Both the position numbers and the translations under genes were made by a program. 64,000 bases of DNA, from IMG/VR virus record IMGVR_UViG_3300036790_000049, positions 885 through 64,884 of that record, one strand, 5' to 3'. This DNA is from a virus. The notes beneath the pieces were generated by a model. It ran no database searches, was not told where the DNA came from, and saw nothing but the letters and a program-made list of their open reading frames with translations. Numbering within the stretch: the stretch's first letter is position 1; each line of letters starts with the position of its first letter. Positions 43,401 through 52,935 of the stretch are shown piece by piece.

Positions 43401-44668
43401 TAGGAACCTCTCACTGCCTCGATCGCGGGTGTTTCATCAGTCATTGTCAGGTAGTCATCGGCTCGCCACAGTACCGCCGTGACGTCGGTATTGTGCCACA
43501 GAACCGCAGTGACCGGAGAGTCCTCCTCGACAGCCCGGTAATACGTGCCAAATATCTGCATCTTCGGCAGGATGACCCCGCCACTGAGAATTGGCTGTGT
43601 GGAGACAACCGCGCCCTCTGCGGCGATCCGCATTTTCGGGAACGCCACGGCTGCCGAAAGGGTGACGATCGGCTCCAGCGTCCCCGATACACGCATCTTC
43701 GGCAGGATAGCTCCGCCGCTCAGCGGGTCCACTTCGGCTGCGCTCGCAGACAGCTGCATCTTCGGGAGGGTAACGCTGCCGCTTATATCCAGTACTTCGG
43801 ATGCTTGCGCAGACAGCCGCATCTTGGGAAGAGTGACACCGCAACTAACCGTCAGAACTTCCCTGACCGAAGCCGACAAGCGCATCTTCGGGAGGATTAC
43901 TCCGCCGCTAAGTGCCAGCAGTTCGGTTGCCGCGGCCGAGAGCTTCATCTTCGGGAGCGTGACGGAGCCCGAGCCGATGATCTGCGCCGGTCCCAGATAA
44001 CCGGTGTCGGAAGCTCCCAGATCGTCTAGGTAGATAGTGAACGAAGCGACCGATGACGGGTCACCGAATCGTATCTGCGTGATTGCAGATGACGTGTTGA
44101 GGGTGGCTGCTGTGGCCTGCGTCTCGGTCGCCGTTACCGAGTCCATCGAGTTGAATATCGATACCGAAACCTGGCCTACTGTCGCTGACCCGGTTATGAA
44201 TCCCTCGATCCGGGACCAGGAGCCTACGTTTATTGCATTCGTGGTTGACGTGATGCCGTTGCCGGGGAATGTCTGCGAAGTTCCAGCCGCGTTAAGTGCG
44301 CTCAGCTTCCCGGTGGTGTTTAGCTGCACACCGCCGATGAAGGTAGAGCCGTTCAGAATCGAGAAAAGGCGAACTCCAGCAGTAGGCAGTGCCGATAGCC
44401 ATACGTAAGCCCGGAAGTAAACAGTCGGGATACTGGTAGCAGTAAGTGAAGTTGACCAGGCAAGACTTACGTTTACAACGGACGCAGGCTCAACAAGTTT
44501 GGCAGACAGGAAACCGTGGGCCGCCTCGGTACTGCTGAACGTCAGGGTGCCCCCGGACCCGATAGTAACCACGTTGAACGCAGTGTTTCCGGTACCTCCA
44601 GAGTTAGCGGTAGATACCGTGGTTCCGTTAGTGCCGTTCTCAAGGTTGTTACGCAGGTAGACAGCCAC
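43400..44668 (-). CDS. minor tail protein: ConA-like domain plus seven ~21-aa repeats
   Basis: G.V.LPKM.LSA repeat x7. Confidence 0.65.
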   Translation of the reverse strand: MAVYLRNNLENGTNGTTVSTANSGGTGNTAFNVVTIGSGGTLTFSSTEAAHGFLSAKLVEPASVVNVSLAWSTSLTATSIPTVYFRAYVWLSALPTAGVRLFSILNGSTFIGGVQLNTTGKLSALNAAGTSQTFPGNGITSTTNAINVGSWSRIEGFITGSATVGQVSVSIFNSMDSVTATETQATAATLNTSSAITQIRFGDPSSVASFTIYLDDLGASDTGYLGPAQIIGSGSVTLPKMKLSAAATELLALSGGVILPKMRLSASVREVLTVSCGVTLPKMRLSAQASEVLDISGSVTLPKMQLSASAAEVDPLSGGAILPKMRVSGTLEPIVTLSAAVAFPKMRIAAEGAVVSTQPILSGGVILPKMQIFGTYYRAVEEDSPVTAVLWHNTDVTAVLWRADDYLTMTDETPAIEAVRGS

Positions 44669-44695
44669 GGCTCACCTCCCTCCGGGGCAGGGAGA

Positions 44696-45133
44696 TTATT
44701 CCGGCTGCACGATCGTGAACGCCGACGCCTGCACGATGTCGCCAGCGACGATCGACGTGGTTGGAATGGTCAGGTCGAACGAGCCTCCCGTGGCGCCCAC
44801 GGAGCCGTCCATGACCACGGTCGTGCCGTCGCTCTTGTACGCCCGGAACCACGCGGCGGTGCCGGTAGCTGCCGCGTCACTGTCCTGCGTGATCGCATTG
44901 GCCGTAGCGGTGACGATCTTGGAACCTGCCGAGCCGGTCGCCACTGGCGGGGTTGCGAACGCGGGGTTGCCGAACGTCAGCGTGGAAAGCAGGGTCTGGG
45001 CACCGATCGCCGTGTTGGCGTCGGTCGGCTGCGATCCCGAGAAGATCTCGATCTTGCCCGAGTTGAGCAATGCCATCGCGGCTTCCAGAGTCACGATGCA
45101 TGTGTTGTCCGCGAAGAACGGGTTATTGGTCAT
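44696..45133 (-). CDS. virion structural protein
   Basis: G.IEIFSG.QP.DA......TLL..LT...PAF...A.A.G.A.WFR...DG.VG conserved phage pattern. Confidence 0.7.
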   Translation of the reverse strand: MTNNPFFADNTCIVTLEAAMALLNSGKIEIFSGSQPTDANTAIGAQTLLSTLTFGNPAFATPPVATGSAGSKIVTATANAITQDSDAAATGTAAWFRAYKSDGTTVVMDGSVGATGGSFDLTIPTTSIVAGDIVQASAFTIVQPE

Positions 45134-45157
45134 TGGTTCCCTCTCCTAGAGAGGCCA

Positions 45158-45178
45158 CGAACCGCGCGGAGCGGTTCG
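45158..45178 (-). terminator. small hairpin
   Basis: CGAACCGC-GCGGA-GCGGTTCG. Confidence 0.4.
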
Positions 45179-45261
45179 CAGCCTCAAGATCACGAGCAGA
45201 TCCTACCGGGATGCACCTTCCGGCGCTCGTCCCGGCAGAATCGCTCTCAGCGCTGCGCGTG

Positions 45262-45639
45262 CTACTCATCCCGCTGGGCAGGTTCCGGTAGTTCCGCTAG
45301 TTCCGGTCTCTGCTGCGAGTGCCCGTTGAGCTTGTCGTTCCGCTGCAACCGGTAGATCTGGAAAAAGAACGTAACCGACCGCACCGGTATCAGGCAAAGA
45401 ACGACGATCTCAAACCAGCCGAACCAGATAGACGTGATCGGCACATTGAATAGCCGGTGGATGACGGACGGCAGCAGTGCCAGCGATGCCAGCCAGTCAA
45501 GCGTTACGAGCGCCGGGCCATACGGTGCCTTCCTCCAATCCCAGATAATGAGCAAGACTACGGGAAGCAGCGCAGTAGACCAGAAGGCAAACTCAACCGC
45601 CCACTGCGCGATATGTCCCTGTAGCACTAGCTGTCCCAT
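45262..45639 (-). CDS. multi-TM membrane protein (putative holin)
   Basis: Three hydrophobic segments; W.W...P.G pattern. Confidence 0.6.
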   Translation of the reverse strand: MGQLVLQGHIAQWAVEFAFWSTALLPVVLLIIWDWRKAPYGPALVTLDWLASLALLPSVIHRLFNVPITSIWFGWFEIVVLCLIPVRSVTFFFQIYRLQRNDKLNGHSQQRPELAELPEPAQRDE

Positions 45640-45866
45640 GTGTCGCCGTTCCTCCCCATGCCTGGACCGCGCCGGATCTCACGGGCCAGGGCTGTCACAT
45701 TATTGCGGTCACGCATCTCACGGAGCCCCCGGCGTAGCGGTTCCTCTTTGCTGGCAAGGTGCTCCGATATCGCAAGCTCCTCCTGAGCACGAGCCACGCC
45801 CACGGGGTCTCCGCGCTGCTGTGTCTGTGCTTTCATTTTCTTAGCCTTCCGCCAGCGGAATAGCAT
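45627..45866 (-). CDS. small lysis-cassette-associated protein
   Basis: TAATG coupling; position between two membrane genes. Confidence 0.55.
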   Translation of the reverse strand: MLFRWRKAKKMKAQTQQRGDPVGVARAQEELAISEHLASKEEPLRRGLREMRDRNNVTALAREIRRGPGMGRNGDTWDS

Positions 45867-46150
45867 TAGTGACGCTCGACCTCCTGGTGCAAGGCTCTCA
45901 GTACCGTAGTCGCGGTCTGTGCCGCTAGCACGCCCGCCTCGTTGCGGTCACGTTCCCGGTCTAGAGCCCTTGTCAGTAGATCAATCTGCTTGTTCTTATC
46001 GGTGATGATGACATCTTTGTCATCCATTGCCTTGTCATGAACACTCTCTGGAAGTATCTTCCCAGAAACGAACAAATACAATCCGAAGATCAGGACGAAT
46101 AGCGCTCCGCCTGCTCCGGTTACGAATGGCAGGATATCGGTGGGTTCCAT
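45866..46150 (-). CDS. membrane protein (putative holin)
   Basis: N-terminal TM then coiled coil; follows tail genes. Confidence 0.6.
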   Translation of the reverse strand: MEPTDILPFVTGAGGALFVLIFGLYLFVSGKILPESVHDKAMDDKDVIITDKNKQIDLLTRALDRERDRNEAGVLAAQTATTVLRALHQEVERH

Positions 46151-46174
46151 AATCCCCTCGTGACAAGGTCCAGA

Positions 46175-47188
46175 TCAGAGGGTAGTGACGGTGAGCTTTC
46201 CTCCGGGTTCTGTCTGGAATCCTAGTGGTGTTCCGCTTGTGGCCCCGGAAACAACCAGGTTTCCCGAAGCCGAGAATGTCGCGGTGCCCTCAATGAGCGC
46301 GCCGCCCTCGGTTCCGTTCCCGCATCCCGAGTTCTGCATTCCCGTGTTGGAGCCGATAGCAGTCTGGCTCCTAGACACGATCGGGGAGTTGTTCTGGAGG
46401 TACGTGATCTTTGCCCGGAACGCCGCAGTTGCGGGACCGCTCATGGTCAGGTACGCGTCCTGAGTGCTCTTGCCCACATACGGCACGAACGCCCGGAACT
46501 CTACCGACTGCCCCGCAGCTACCGCAATGGAAAGTCCGGTTATGGCATTCTGAGATGTACCGGTTATGTTCTGGCTTCCGGTCGTGGTCGCCACCTGCAC
46601 AACCGGAATGTAGTTCCAGGCCGAGCCATTCCAGATCATGATCGAGTTGCTTGACGTCTCGACACCGATAGCAGGCTTGGCGGGGGTGGGCCGCGAAGTC
46701 GCGGTGAATATGTACACCGGAGTCCCGGCGAACTGCCGCGCGTCGATAAGCGCGGTGAGCGAGCTATCGGAGTTGGACTGCCACTGCGCTAGAAGGATGT
46801 CCTGGTACCGTGTCGTTGACAGGATCGCCGGGGACGCCGGGGTTGCCGAAGGGGTGCCGGTTATCACCACTGGCTGAACGACCGTCGCGGCGGTCGTGGC
46901 CTGCCGGTCTAGCCGCAGCACTAGCTTGTCTATCCGGTTGCTCCCGGACGCGGCAGGGATGGCCGTGGAAACGCTTGCGTCCGCTCCCCACAACTGCCCG
47001 CGTATGACCGCGTACCCGGCCGCAGCGACCGCCGTGCGCGCTCCCGAGTTGAGCGTTACCTTGAGGTCGCCCGCGCTCGGCTGCGATGCCACGCCGTCAG
47101 CGATGCCCATAGTGAGCATCAGTTCTTCCCACTGCGCGATGGTCGTGAGTTGCTGGTACGAGTTGGGCATCGCGTTCTGGACAGTCAT
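46175..47188 (-). CDS. minor tail protein
   Basis: V..G.A.IRG.........I.AA....RID..VLRLD. Confidence 0.75.
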   Translation of the reverse strand: MTVQNAMPNSYQQLTTIAQWEELMLTMGIADGVASQPSAGDLKVTLNSGARTAVAAAGYAVIRGQLWGADASVSTAIPAASGSNRIDKLVLRLDRQATTAATVVQPVVITGTPSATPASPAILSTTRYQDILLAQWQSNSDSSLTALIDARQFAGTPVYIFTATSRPTPAKPAIGVETSSNSIMIWNGSAWNYIPVVQVATTTGSQNITGTSQNAITGLSIAVAAGQSVEFRAFVPYVGKSTQDAYLTMSGPATAAFRAKITYLQNNSPIVSRSQTAIGSNTGMQNSGCGNGTEGGALIEGTATFSASGNLVVSGATSGTPLGFQTEPGGKLTVTTL

Positions 47189-47191
47189 CGG

Positions 47192-48427
47192 TTATCCAAT
47201 CCTCGCATTCAGAAGCCGTTCCAGTCTCCGGACGCGCTTGGCTAGCTGTGTTGTCACAGAGGTTGAGGTATTTCCCGCGTCCGAGGATACGCCTATCGTC
47301 GGTGTTACGGTCACGGGCGGGTCTTGTGTGCCGTCCATCATGAAATCTACCTGACTCACGATGTCTGAATACCGGTCACCCGATGCAATCTCCACCGTTA
47401 CCTGGTCACCAAGGTAATAGTCGGTGCCGAACTGGAGCTTAGGGATGTCCTGCGCACTCATTGAGAGCGTTGGTGTTAGTACGCCCTGCTGGATTTCCTG
47501 TGTACCGGCCTGTGTATTCTGCGTGGCGTCCGTAGAACTGGTCTGATCGACTAGCGTCTCGATTTTTGTCCACGGGTTGGCCGTTCCGTCGCCCGTAACC
47601 AGGATCGGAGTGGCTGTGCCGAGCACGCAGGCATCGGTAACGGTCGGGTCGGCTATCGAGAGCCCAACCGAGGTCAGGTTTCCCAGTTCTTTCGAGAAAA
47701 ACGCGAGCTTGGACAGGTCTTGCGGCTCGTAAACGTCGAAAGTGATCCCGCCGCCGCCAGAATTAAGCGTAACCTCGGCTCCCATCGGCCCTCCGGTCGC
47801 CACGAGGTTCCGGATGATGTCGAACAGTGCCAGATCGACGCCTGCCGCGAACTTCACGTTGTAGGAGACGACTGCGGAGCCGCGTGCGAGATCGGTGGCG
47901 ACGGTCAGCAGCGGGAAACGCCGGTCGGTGGCTGCGGAAGATCCGAGATTGTTATTCACGTAGTGCTTGATCGCCGTCTCGCACGCTACAGCGGCAACCG
48001 CGTCGGCTGCCGCGTACGTTTGCGATCCCCAGTCGTCGGCAGGGATCGGGAATGCGATCCGGTTGGCGATGATCGCCTCTAGCGTGGCACCTCCGAGCAC
48101 GATCTGGGTTCCCACCGTGAACACAGCGGCCGAGTTGACACCGGGTACCGAGTCCTGATACCCGGGCGTCTCGCACTTGCCGCCGAAGCTGACTTGTCCG
48201 CCCCAGTTGAACCAGACCACGAACCCCTCGTCGGCCATGCAGTCTTTCATGATCTGCCAGATATAATCGCTGTACTTGAATCCGCACGCCCACGAGCCGA
48301 CCTGGTTGTAATAGATCGTCGCGCTCATCGTTTCGAGCGGCAGCACGCACTGAGCGGTGAGCGTCTCGCAGTCGTACAGTGTCGCGGTGATGTCACCGGC
48401 TAGACCCGAACCGATCGGGGATATCAT
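47192..48427 (-). CDS. minor tail protein (ReqiPepy6 Gp37-like / Tal hub)
   Basis: Position after Dit; ..N.VG.W, FG.DY.LGD.VTV. Confidence 0.75.
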   Translation of the reverse strand: MISPIGSGLAGDITATLYDCETLTAQCVLPLETMSATIYYNQVGSWACGFKYSDYIWQIMKDCMADEGFVVWFNWGGQVSFGGKCETPGYQDSVPGVNSAAVFTVGTQIVLGGATLEAIIANRIAFPIPADDWGSQTYAAADAVAAVACETAIKHYVNNNLGSSAATDRRFPLLTVATDLARGSAVVSYNVKFAAGVDLALFDIIRNLVATGGPMGAEVTLNSGGGGITFDVYEPQDLSKLAFFSKELGNLTSVGLSIADPTVTDACVLGTATPILVTGDGTANPWTKIETLVDQTSSTDATQNTQAGTQEIQQGVLTPTLSMSAQDIPKLQFGTDYYLGDQVTVEIASGDRYSDIVSQVDFMMDGTQDPPVTVTPTIGVSSDAGNTSTSVTTQLAKRVRRLERLLNARIG

Positions 48428-49869
48428 GCTCTCCCCCAGCGACGCGTCATGAGCAGTTCAACCTCTGTCCCGGTACCGCCGCTGCTGACTGCCACGTCCA
48501 CGTCGTTGTCGCCGGGAACCAGAGCCCATAGGTCGGCCGGGGTGGTAGCCGTTATCTTGTCCCACCAGTTGGTTCCGTCTCCGAGCGTGGCGCTTTGCTG
48601 CCCCGGAAGTGTCACCACGGTAAGCACGTCGGTGTCTCCGAGCGCATCGGAGAGCCCCCACGACTTTCCAGTCGTGTTGTTGGTCATCACAGGCGTTCCG
48701 GGTCCGGTGATTACCCAGGTCGGGTACGAATCCTCGGTCCCAGAGTTGGTTACCGTGACGTCGCCTAGATCGGTGGCTCCCTGCAATGCGATCGGCAGGA
48801 TAGGCAGGATGCCTACCTGGTTAGAGAACACGATGTTGTCCGCGTAGAGCTTGAGCGACGATGCTGGAGTCGTGAACATTCCGTAAAAGAACGACACAAA
48901 ACCGACCGAGCCATCGGCAGGCACGTCGTAGGTGTAGGTCTTGGTCGTCTTGGTGGTCGCCGCGAGGGTGAACGTGGCAGCGTCCCCGGCCGTCACGAAC
49001 GTAACGCCGTCCGGTGCGTACGCGTTGAATCCGTAACCGGTGTCTGGGCATGAGGCCGACGCGTCAAAGTCCACCGAGACGGAGATGTGCTGACCCGGAG
49101 CTACCGCCATGAGCGGGCCGAAGGCTTGCGGGTCCGCGTGCGTGCCGTCTCCGGTGAGCTTGAGCGAATGCGTGCCTGTGCTCGCGAAGTCGGTTGACTG
49201 CGCGACCGCCGCGCCTGTTCCGCCCGCCTGGTATCCGTCTACGCCGTCCTCGAAATCAATAGTTTCCAGAACGACAGTTGTCGCCGCACTTTCAAAAAGG
49301 AAGTTCTCGGATACCAGGTCGTAAAAAAACGGGTCCATGGCTTGCAGGGTGATCACGTACGTCGTGAACAGCAGTCCGGAAATATCGGTCGAGTCGTTAG
49401 GCTGGTCTACCCCGGCTGTCACATACGCGGTTACCTGCCGCTGCGAGCCGTCCGGTCGCTGCACGATGAGCGTTCCCGGACTAGGCTGGAGATCCCGGAT
49501 CGTGGTGAACGCCCGCGTGAACGCGTCAAGGAAATTCAGGTAATCTGTCTGGCCTACCGCGCCGTCAACCGACATCACGAACACGGTGAGGATGATCTGC
49601 CGTAGCTGGTAGTTGAGAATCTGCGCGATAGCACCGCCTTGCACGAGCGGAACCGACGTCATCTGTACCGGGATACCCGAGAGTCCCGTGATGTCCTCGC
49701 AGATAAACCCCTCGGCCATGTCGAGATCCGAAAGGAACCAGCTATTGCCGTCCGGGTCGATCCACGTCATTTGCAGCCGTTGCGCGGCCGGGACAACGGC
49801 AATCGGAGTTGGCGTTATTACCGGTGGAGGCGTCGGAGATATTGACCCGCGTTGCTTGAGAAGTGGCAT
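48424..49869 (-). CDS. distal tail protein (Dit) with inserted carbohydrate-binding module
   Basis: Follows tape measure; L.A.DPFFY then ~160-aa DFEDG...SLKL...YADN insert, then N.G...YP.W.I.GP...L.PG.N. Confidence 0.75.
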   Translation of the reverse strand: MPLLKQRGSISPTPPPVITPTPIAVVPAAQRLQMTWIDPDGNSWFLSDLDMAEGFICEDITGLSGIPVQMTSVPLVQGGAIAQILNYQLRQIILTVFVMSVDGAVGQTDYLNFLDAFTRAFTTIRDLQPSPGTLIVQRPDGSQRQVTAYVTAGVDQPNDSTDISGLLFTTYVITLQAMDPFFYDLVSENFLFESAATTVVLETIDFEDGVDGYQAGGTGAAVAQSTDFASTGTHSLKLTGDGTHADPQAFGPLMAVAPGQHISVSVDFDASASCPDTGYGFNAYAPDGVTFVTAGDAATFTLAATTKTTKTYTYDVPADGSVGFVSFFYGMFTTPASSLKLYADNIVFSNQVGILPILPIALQGATDLGDVTVTNSGTEDSYPTWVITGPGTPVMTNNTTGKSWGLSDALGDTDVLTVVTLPGQQSATLGDGTNWWDKITATTPADLWALVPGDNDVDVAVSSGGTGTEVELLMTRRWGRA

Positions 49870-52800
49870 CTACTGTCGCCTCCCTACCCTGTTCCTGGCA
49901 GCATTCGCCATGTCCATAGCGCGGAATGCATTCTGTATCCTCGCCTCGAATACTGAATCTGGCATTGTGAAGTAAGCGTTGTAAGTTGAACTCGCTCCCC
50001 CGCCGCCAATGGCGCGTTCGAGCGAGTTCCACTGTGATCCCGAGAATACCGGTTCCGGCGCTCCGGTGCCATTGAGAAGCAGGCTCGCGCCCGGAGGTGC
50101 CCACCCGCCCGCGTCGTACCATCCTGCGGACACCTCATGCGCCCACGCACCGGCCGGTGAGCCGTACCGGCCACGGATGTACCCGAGTCCCCACCGCTCC
50201 TGCGTAACCGGGTCAGTGAGCCAGTCAGCACCGGCAGAGGCCATCTTGTCGGCAGGAAGACTTTGCGGGATTCCGTACGCGCCCGAGGACGGGTTACGGG
50301 CGAACTGGTTCCACCCGCTCTCCCGGTTCCACAGCGCGGTCAGGTAGGGCATCTGGGATGCGACCGACCACCCGAACAGCGGCAGCAGTGCACGGGCAAC
50401 GGCCTGGTTGGCGGCTGCGCTTCCGCCGTGCGCCGAGAGATCCCCGCCTGGCAGCGAGATCGCGGTTCCAGCAGTGATCGCATTCGCGAGCGCTTCCGAG
50501 TCGATCGTGACGTTGGCCGGGTAGTTGGTGGAAACGGAACTGGAAACCCCGGAAACTGCATTGCCCGAATAGCTCACGAGTCCGCCAGCAGCGAATCCGG
50601 GAATGCTGCCGCGCAAGTGATCAACTGCTCCCGCGTTCACCATGGCTGTCGGCACGACAACCTCGCCAGGCATCGCGCGCAGCAATACCGAATCCTGGCC
50701 CGGTATCCCTCCGGTCACGTACCGTCCGGCAGCGGACGGAAGCTCACCGAACGGGAGCTTGGTCCCGAGCGGTCCCGAGATCCCCGGACCCGTAACAGAC
50801 CAGGTACCGTGACCCGACACGGAGACGGCTACCTTCTCGGTCGGCGGGATCTTTTTGATGATGTCGATCAGGTCATCGATCTCACCACGGAGGTTCTTGT
50901 TCTTGGATGCCAGTTGCTCCAGGAAAGGAATTGACTGGTTAAGGACTTGCAGGTCGTGCTTCCGCTGCGCGCCCGTCGCGTTGATCGTGTCAGAGGCTAG
51001 CGTGTTGACGTCCCCGATATAGGTCTTGAATGAGGAGAACGAATCCCGCTGTGCCTGCGTCACGTCGCCAATGCGCCCGTGCGAATTGACAAGCTGTGTG
51101 TTCAGCGATACCAGGTCGTTTTTCATGTTGACGACCGCATCCTCAGCATTGAGGTTAGGTGCGATCATCCGGTTGAACGCGTCGGTTAGCGCGTTGACCT
51201 GGTTTGTGGCGCCGAGTGCCGTGTTCTCGATCGCCTGGAGATCCTTGGCGAACAGGTTCGTCGGCTCGTGCGCCTGCTGTTGTTCCTGGACGAATGCGGC
51301 GATCTTGGTCTGCATTCCCTGCGCCGCGTCTCCGCCCTCTTTGAACGCGTCGGCCGCGCCCTTCTGAGTGGACGCTAGCTGGATCGCCTGCGTTGAGGTC
51401 AGCCCGTACTTGACCTGTAGCGTGGTCAGGTTAGCCTGGAGATTGTTGCCCTGCGTGAGCACCTTCTGCTCGGCGGCTGTCAGGTCGTTTAGCGTCCCGG
51501 TGTAATACTGGGTGACACGCGCCTGCGCGAGCGGAGCCGATGCGATCTCGCCGGTACCGGCTACCTCCTGGCTCTTGTTGAGCGCGGCCTGCTTCTGCCT
51601 AGCCTGGTCCAAAGCGTACGCCAGAGCCCAGTAACCTTGCACGTTAAATCCGGTTGCCTGGTACTGCTTGGAAAGCGCGCTAACCGTGTCGTTGACGGTC
51701 GTGTCGGCGTAGTGGCCCTGGAAGATAATGAGTCCCGCTATGGCGGCGGTGAGGCCGACTACCCACCCGATAGGCGAGATGGCCTCTAGCACGCCCGTAG
51801 CGATAGCGAGAGCGCGCTCCGAGACCGTGAGGCCATCCACTGCCACCGCCGCGCCTGCGGCGCTCACAGCGAATCCTGCGGCTGCGGCGCTGCCCTGGCC
51901 CTCCGCCACGGCTGCCGCAAGGGTGGTCACCGTGAACGTCCGCAATCCAGTGATCGCACCGCCGATCCACGAGAACGCACTGAGTATCTGGAGATCCTTG
52001 AGCGCGGACAGCGGTTTGTACAGCGCGATCGTCAAGACCAGAATGTCGTCAAGCCACGGCGCATTCTTGGACACCACGGCGAGCAGGTTGGCGAACCACG
52101 CAACCGCATGCAGCAACTGGAGCGATAGCGGCTGCATTGCCTCGGTGAGCGAAAAGAACGTGTGGATCAGGGAAACGACTACTTCCCCGATCTCGTGAAT
52201 GTCCGGCCCTAGGTTCTGTGCGACAAACTGGAAGAATTGCTGTGCTTGCGAATCGGACAGTCCCGCGCCGATCTGTGAGAGCAGTCCCGCGATAGCTCCG
52301 CCCGCTGCCTTGGCTAGCGGGATCACTTCTGGGAGGATCTCGTCAATGTCGGTGAGCGCCGCACCGAACACCTGCAATAGCTCCGGCTGGAGCGAAAGGG
52401 AGAGGGTTTTGAATTCCTTCTCCAGATCGATGATCTCCGTCGCCATGAGTTTCTGGTCCTGCGTGAGCGCATTCCATGCCTGTCCAGCCTTGGCAGATCC
52501 GGTAGACATGTCTTGCAGGTACTTCACGACTCCGGACAGAGCCGGTGCCGCGAGCGCCGAGAACGCACCGACGCCAATGCCCGCCACCGCGAACGCCGGG
52601 GCAATTGCCACAGCGCCCGCGATGAGCGAGACTAGCCACGAGCGAACGGTACTGGCGTTGTGAACGTCAACGTCCACGTCCACCTTTTTGCCGTTTAGCT
52701 CGTCTGCCTTCCGCTTGGTGTCATCCAGAGCGAAGTCGGCAGCCGCGTTATCTACCCCGACGCGCAGCCTTACATCGTTGAGTTTCTCGTTGATCCGTGC

Positions 52801-52935
52801 GGCGAGAATATCACCAGTCTCGGAACCGATCGTGTCGGCATCTTTGAGCAGGGAATCCCGGAGCTTGTCGGCAAAGGTCTCTGCCGATGGCACGACAGAG
52901 ACCGCTACCGAGCCGATCAGGATGCGATCAGCCAT
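49870..52935 (-). CDS. tape measure protein with C-terminal lytic-transglycosylase-like domain
   Basis: IG...VSVVP; Ala/Leu-rich; LWNRESGWN..A.NPSSGAYGIPQ.LP..KM...G.DW...QERWGL.YI..RYGSP. Confidence 0.9.
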   Translation of the reverse strand: MADRILIGSVAVSVVPSAETFADKLRDSLLKDADTIGSETGDILAARINEKLNDVRLRVGVDNAAADFALDDTKRKADELNGKKVDVDVDVHNASTVRSWLVSLIAGAVAIAPAFAVAGIGVGAFSALAAPALSGVVKYLQDMSTGSAKAGQAWNALTQDQKLMATEIIDLEKEFKTLSLSLQPELLQVFGAALTDIDEILPEVIPLAKAAGGAIAGLLSQIGAGLSDSQAQQFFQFVAQNLGPDIHEIGEVVVSLIHTFFSLTEAMQPLSLQLLHAVAWFANLLAVVSKNAPWLDDILVLTIALYKPLSALKDLQILSAFSWIGGAITGLRTFTVTTLAAAVAEGQGSAAAAGFAVSAAGAAVAVDGLTVSERALAIATGVLEAISPIGWVVGLTAAIAGLIIFQGHYADTTVNDTVSALSKQYQATGFNVQGYWALAYALDQARQKQAALNKSQEVAGTGEIASAPLAQARVTQYYTGTLNDLTAAEQKVLTQGNNLQANLTTLQVKYGLTSTQAIQLASTQKGAADAFKEGGDAAQGMQTKIAAFVQEQQQAHEPTNLFAKDLQAIENTALGATNQVNALTDAFNRMIAPNLNAEDAVVNMKNDLVSLNTQLVNSHGRIGDVTQAQRDSFSSFKTYIGDVNTLASDTINATGAQRKHDLQVLNQSIPFLEQLASKNKNLRGEIDDLIDIIKKIPPTEKVAVSVSGHGTWSVTGPGISGPLGTKLPFGELPSAAGRYVTGGIPGQDSVLLRAMPGEVVVPTAMVNAGAVDHLRGSIPGFAAGGLVSYSGNAVSGVSSSVSTNYPANVTIDSEALANAITAGTAISLPGGDLSAHGGSAAANQAVARALLPLFGWSVASQMPYLTALWNRESGWNQFARNPSSGAYGIPQSLPADKMASAGADWLTDPVTQERWGLGYIRGRYGSPAGAWAHEVSAGWYDAGGWAPPGASLLLNGTGAPEPVFSGSQWNSLERAIGGGGASSTYNAYFTMPDSVFEARIQNAFRAMDMANAARNRVGRRQ

